Origin: Eledone cirrhosa
Taxonomy: Eukaryota
DNA: 64,000 nucleotides
Direction: 5' to 3'
Assembly (NCBI GenBank): GCA_964016885.1
Contig: OZ024744.1
Span: 66,650,001 to 66,714,000, forward strand
Part shown: piece by piece, positions 62,821 to 64,000 of the stretch
How positions within the stretch are numbered: position 1 is the stretch's first letter
How the letters are laid out: each line of letters opens with the position of its first letter
Program-made: the position numbers and the translations under genes
The notes under the pieces: model-generated
Databases searched by the model: none
What the model was told of the DNA's origin: nothing
Seen by the model: only the letters and a program-made list of their open reading frames with translations

Positions 62821-64000
62821 ATGACCTCACTCAGAATAGGCAGCATAAATGCGCGTGGCTTGGGGTCGTCATGGAAGCAGGGCCACCTGCTCAACGACCT
62901 CAGGTCACTAAACATAGATGTAGTGGCCATCAGCGAGACCAGAATCTCCGAAGCACAGGCTTTCGCACCGATCTTCGGCGGCTACGATGTGTACGCATCT
63001 CCCAGCCGTCCGGGATCGGGGGGAGGAGTTGCTGTGCTTTTTCGGAGAGGTTTGGATCTTGCCATACGGGCCATCTTCCTGGACCCAGAAGGTAAGTTGG
63101 TGGTGCTGGACGTGACCAGCGGAGACGGGCAAGCTTTCAGGTTAGTGGCCGTCTATTCCCCGACAGGAGCAGGGCGGCCTGATTTCTTCCGGCGTCTGGA
63201 GACCTTTCTTGGAACGTCCCGCTCTTTAGTGTTAGTGGGCGACTGGAACGGGATCTTAGATGCACGCTGGGATTGTGTGGGATTAGTGGATAGGGAAGGA
63301 GGGTGCAAGAGTCTCACCAACCTGCTCAGACGTTTTGAACTGTCTGACAGGTACCGAATGGATTTCCCGAATGTACCAATGTGGACTTGGACAAATCGCA
63401 TAGGGTCATCCAGATCATATCTAGATAGAGTATTTTGTAGGGAAATAGATAGGTCTAGCATAGGCTGTCCACAATTCAAGATAGTCAGCTACACGGACCA
63501 CAAATTCGTGATCTGTGTGCTTGACTTAGATAGGCTTCATAGACGAGGACCCGGCTACTGGAAGTTAAACGCGTCCTTACCAGCGCGCAAGGCCTACAGA
63601 GACCGGATTAGCGAACTAGTTAAGCGGGCGTTGACGGGGGCCATCGTCAACAACAAGTGGTGGTTTGCTCTGAAAAGAGCAATTAGAATAGAGTCCATTA
63701 GGTTTAGTAAGACTTTAGCAATAGAGAAAAATAGAGCAGAAGGAGAATTAGTTAGAAAATTAGATGAGGCGCTTAGCAAAGGCATCGCGACCGACGTACT
63801 TGCGGCGAAATTGGCCCTTGACCAATTCTTCAATGCAAAGCACGAAGGCTGCATTGTCAGAGCTAGGGTGCGTGCTCTCAGACACGAGGGGACAAAAGCC
63901 GTTCAATGGGCCCGAGTGGCGGAGGCGCGTCGTGGCAACAAAGCCACGATCCGATCTTTGGTGGACCACGACGGGCGCATGCTACTCGACCCGGGCAAAT
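62821..64000 (+). CDS. Tx1 ORF2 N-terminal part (APE endonuclease plus linker), open to the window end
   Basis: Hand translation MTSLRIGSINARGL...AISETR...GDWN...SRSYLDRVF...TDHK...GYWKLN... has no stop in 393 codons. It is absent from the ORF track because it has no stop within the window. Confidence 0.88.
   Translation, partial: MTSLRIGSINARGLGSSWKQGHLLNDLRSLNIDVVAISETRISEAQAFAPIFGGYDVYASPSRPGSGGGVAVLFRRGLDLAIRAIFLDPEGKLVVLDVTSGDGQAFRLVAVYSPTGAGRPDFFRRLETFLGTSRSLVLVGDWNGILDARWDCVGLVDREGGCKSLTNLLRRFELSDRYRMDFPNVPMWTWTNRIGSSRSYLDRVFCREIDRSSIGCPQFKIVSYTDHKFVICVLDLDRLHRRGPGYWKLNASLPARKAYRDRISELVKRALTGAIVNNKWWFALKRAIRIESIRFSKTLAIEKNRAEGELVRKLDEALSKGIATDVLAAKLALDQFFNAKHEGCIVRARVRALRHEGTKAVQWARVAEARRGNKATIRSLVDHDGRMLLDPGK

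Larger units (their letters stand above)
60605..64000 (+). mobile_element. Second 5'-complete Tx1-type LINE, starting at (ATT)n and running off the window
   Basis: Homologous to 53447-59478, with a diverged 5'UTR and ORF1 and a similar ORF2. Confidence 0.95.

Overview
Eukaryotic, AT-rich, repeat-dominated genomic DNA. It is probably molluscan or cephalopod (Octopus-like), inferred from the SINE and LINE repertoire and not proven. I cannot support any host protein-coding gene, and there is no CRISPR array; the very long ORFs at 19.3-26.9 kb come from a 20-bp satellite. Positions 1-48 kb hold decayed retroelements (Penelope, CRE, CR1, RTE, Tx1), tRNA-derived SINEs, piggyBac- and hAT-type MITEs, hammerhead-ribozyme motifs, a 28S rRNA fragment, three large tandem arrays (53, 20/40 and 48 bp units) and many microsatellites. 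Positions 48.5-64 kb are a nested pile of retroelements joined mostly by (ATT)n tracts. It contains several 5'-truncated and two 5'-complete Tx1/L1-type LINEs, one with ORF2 open to the window edge, two oppositely oriented R4/Dong/HERO-type RLE fragments and a SINE. The most interesting signal is that this SINE and the Tx1 LINE share the same 3' terminus, CCTTGTG-N9-GAAA-N2-(ATT)n, and the same target polarity, which suggests an ATT-targeting Tx1-LINE/SINE partnership. Both 5'-complete LINEs also carry a conserved AAG|GTAAGT donor-like site at the ORF1-ORF2 junction.
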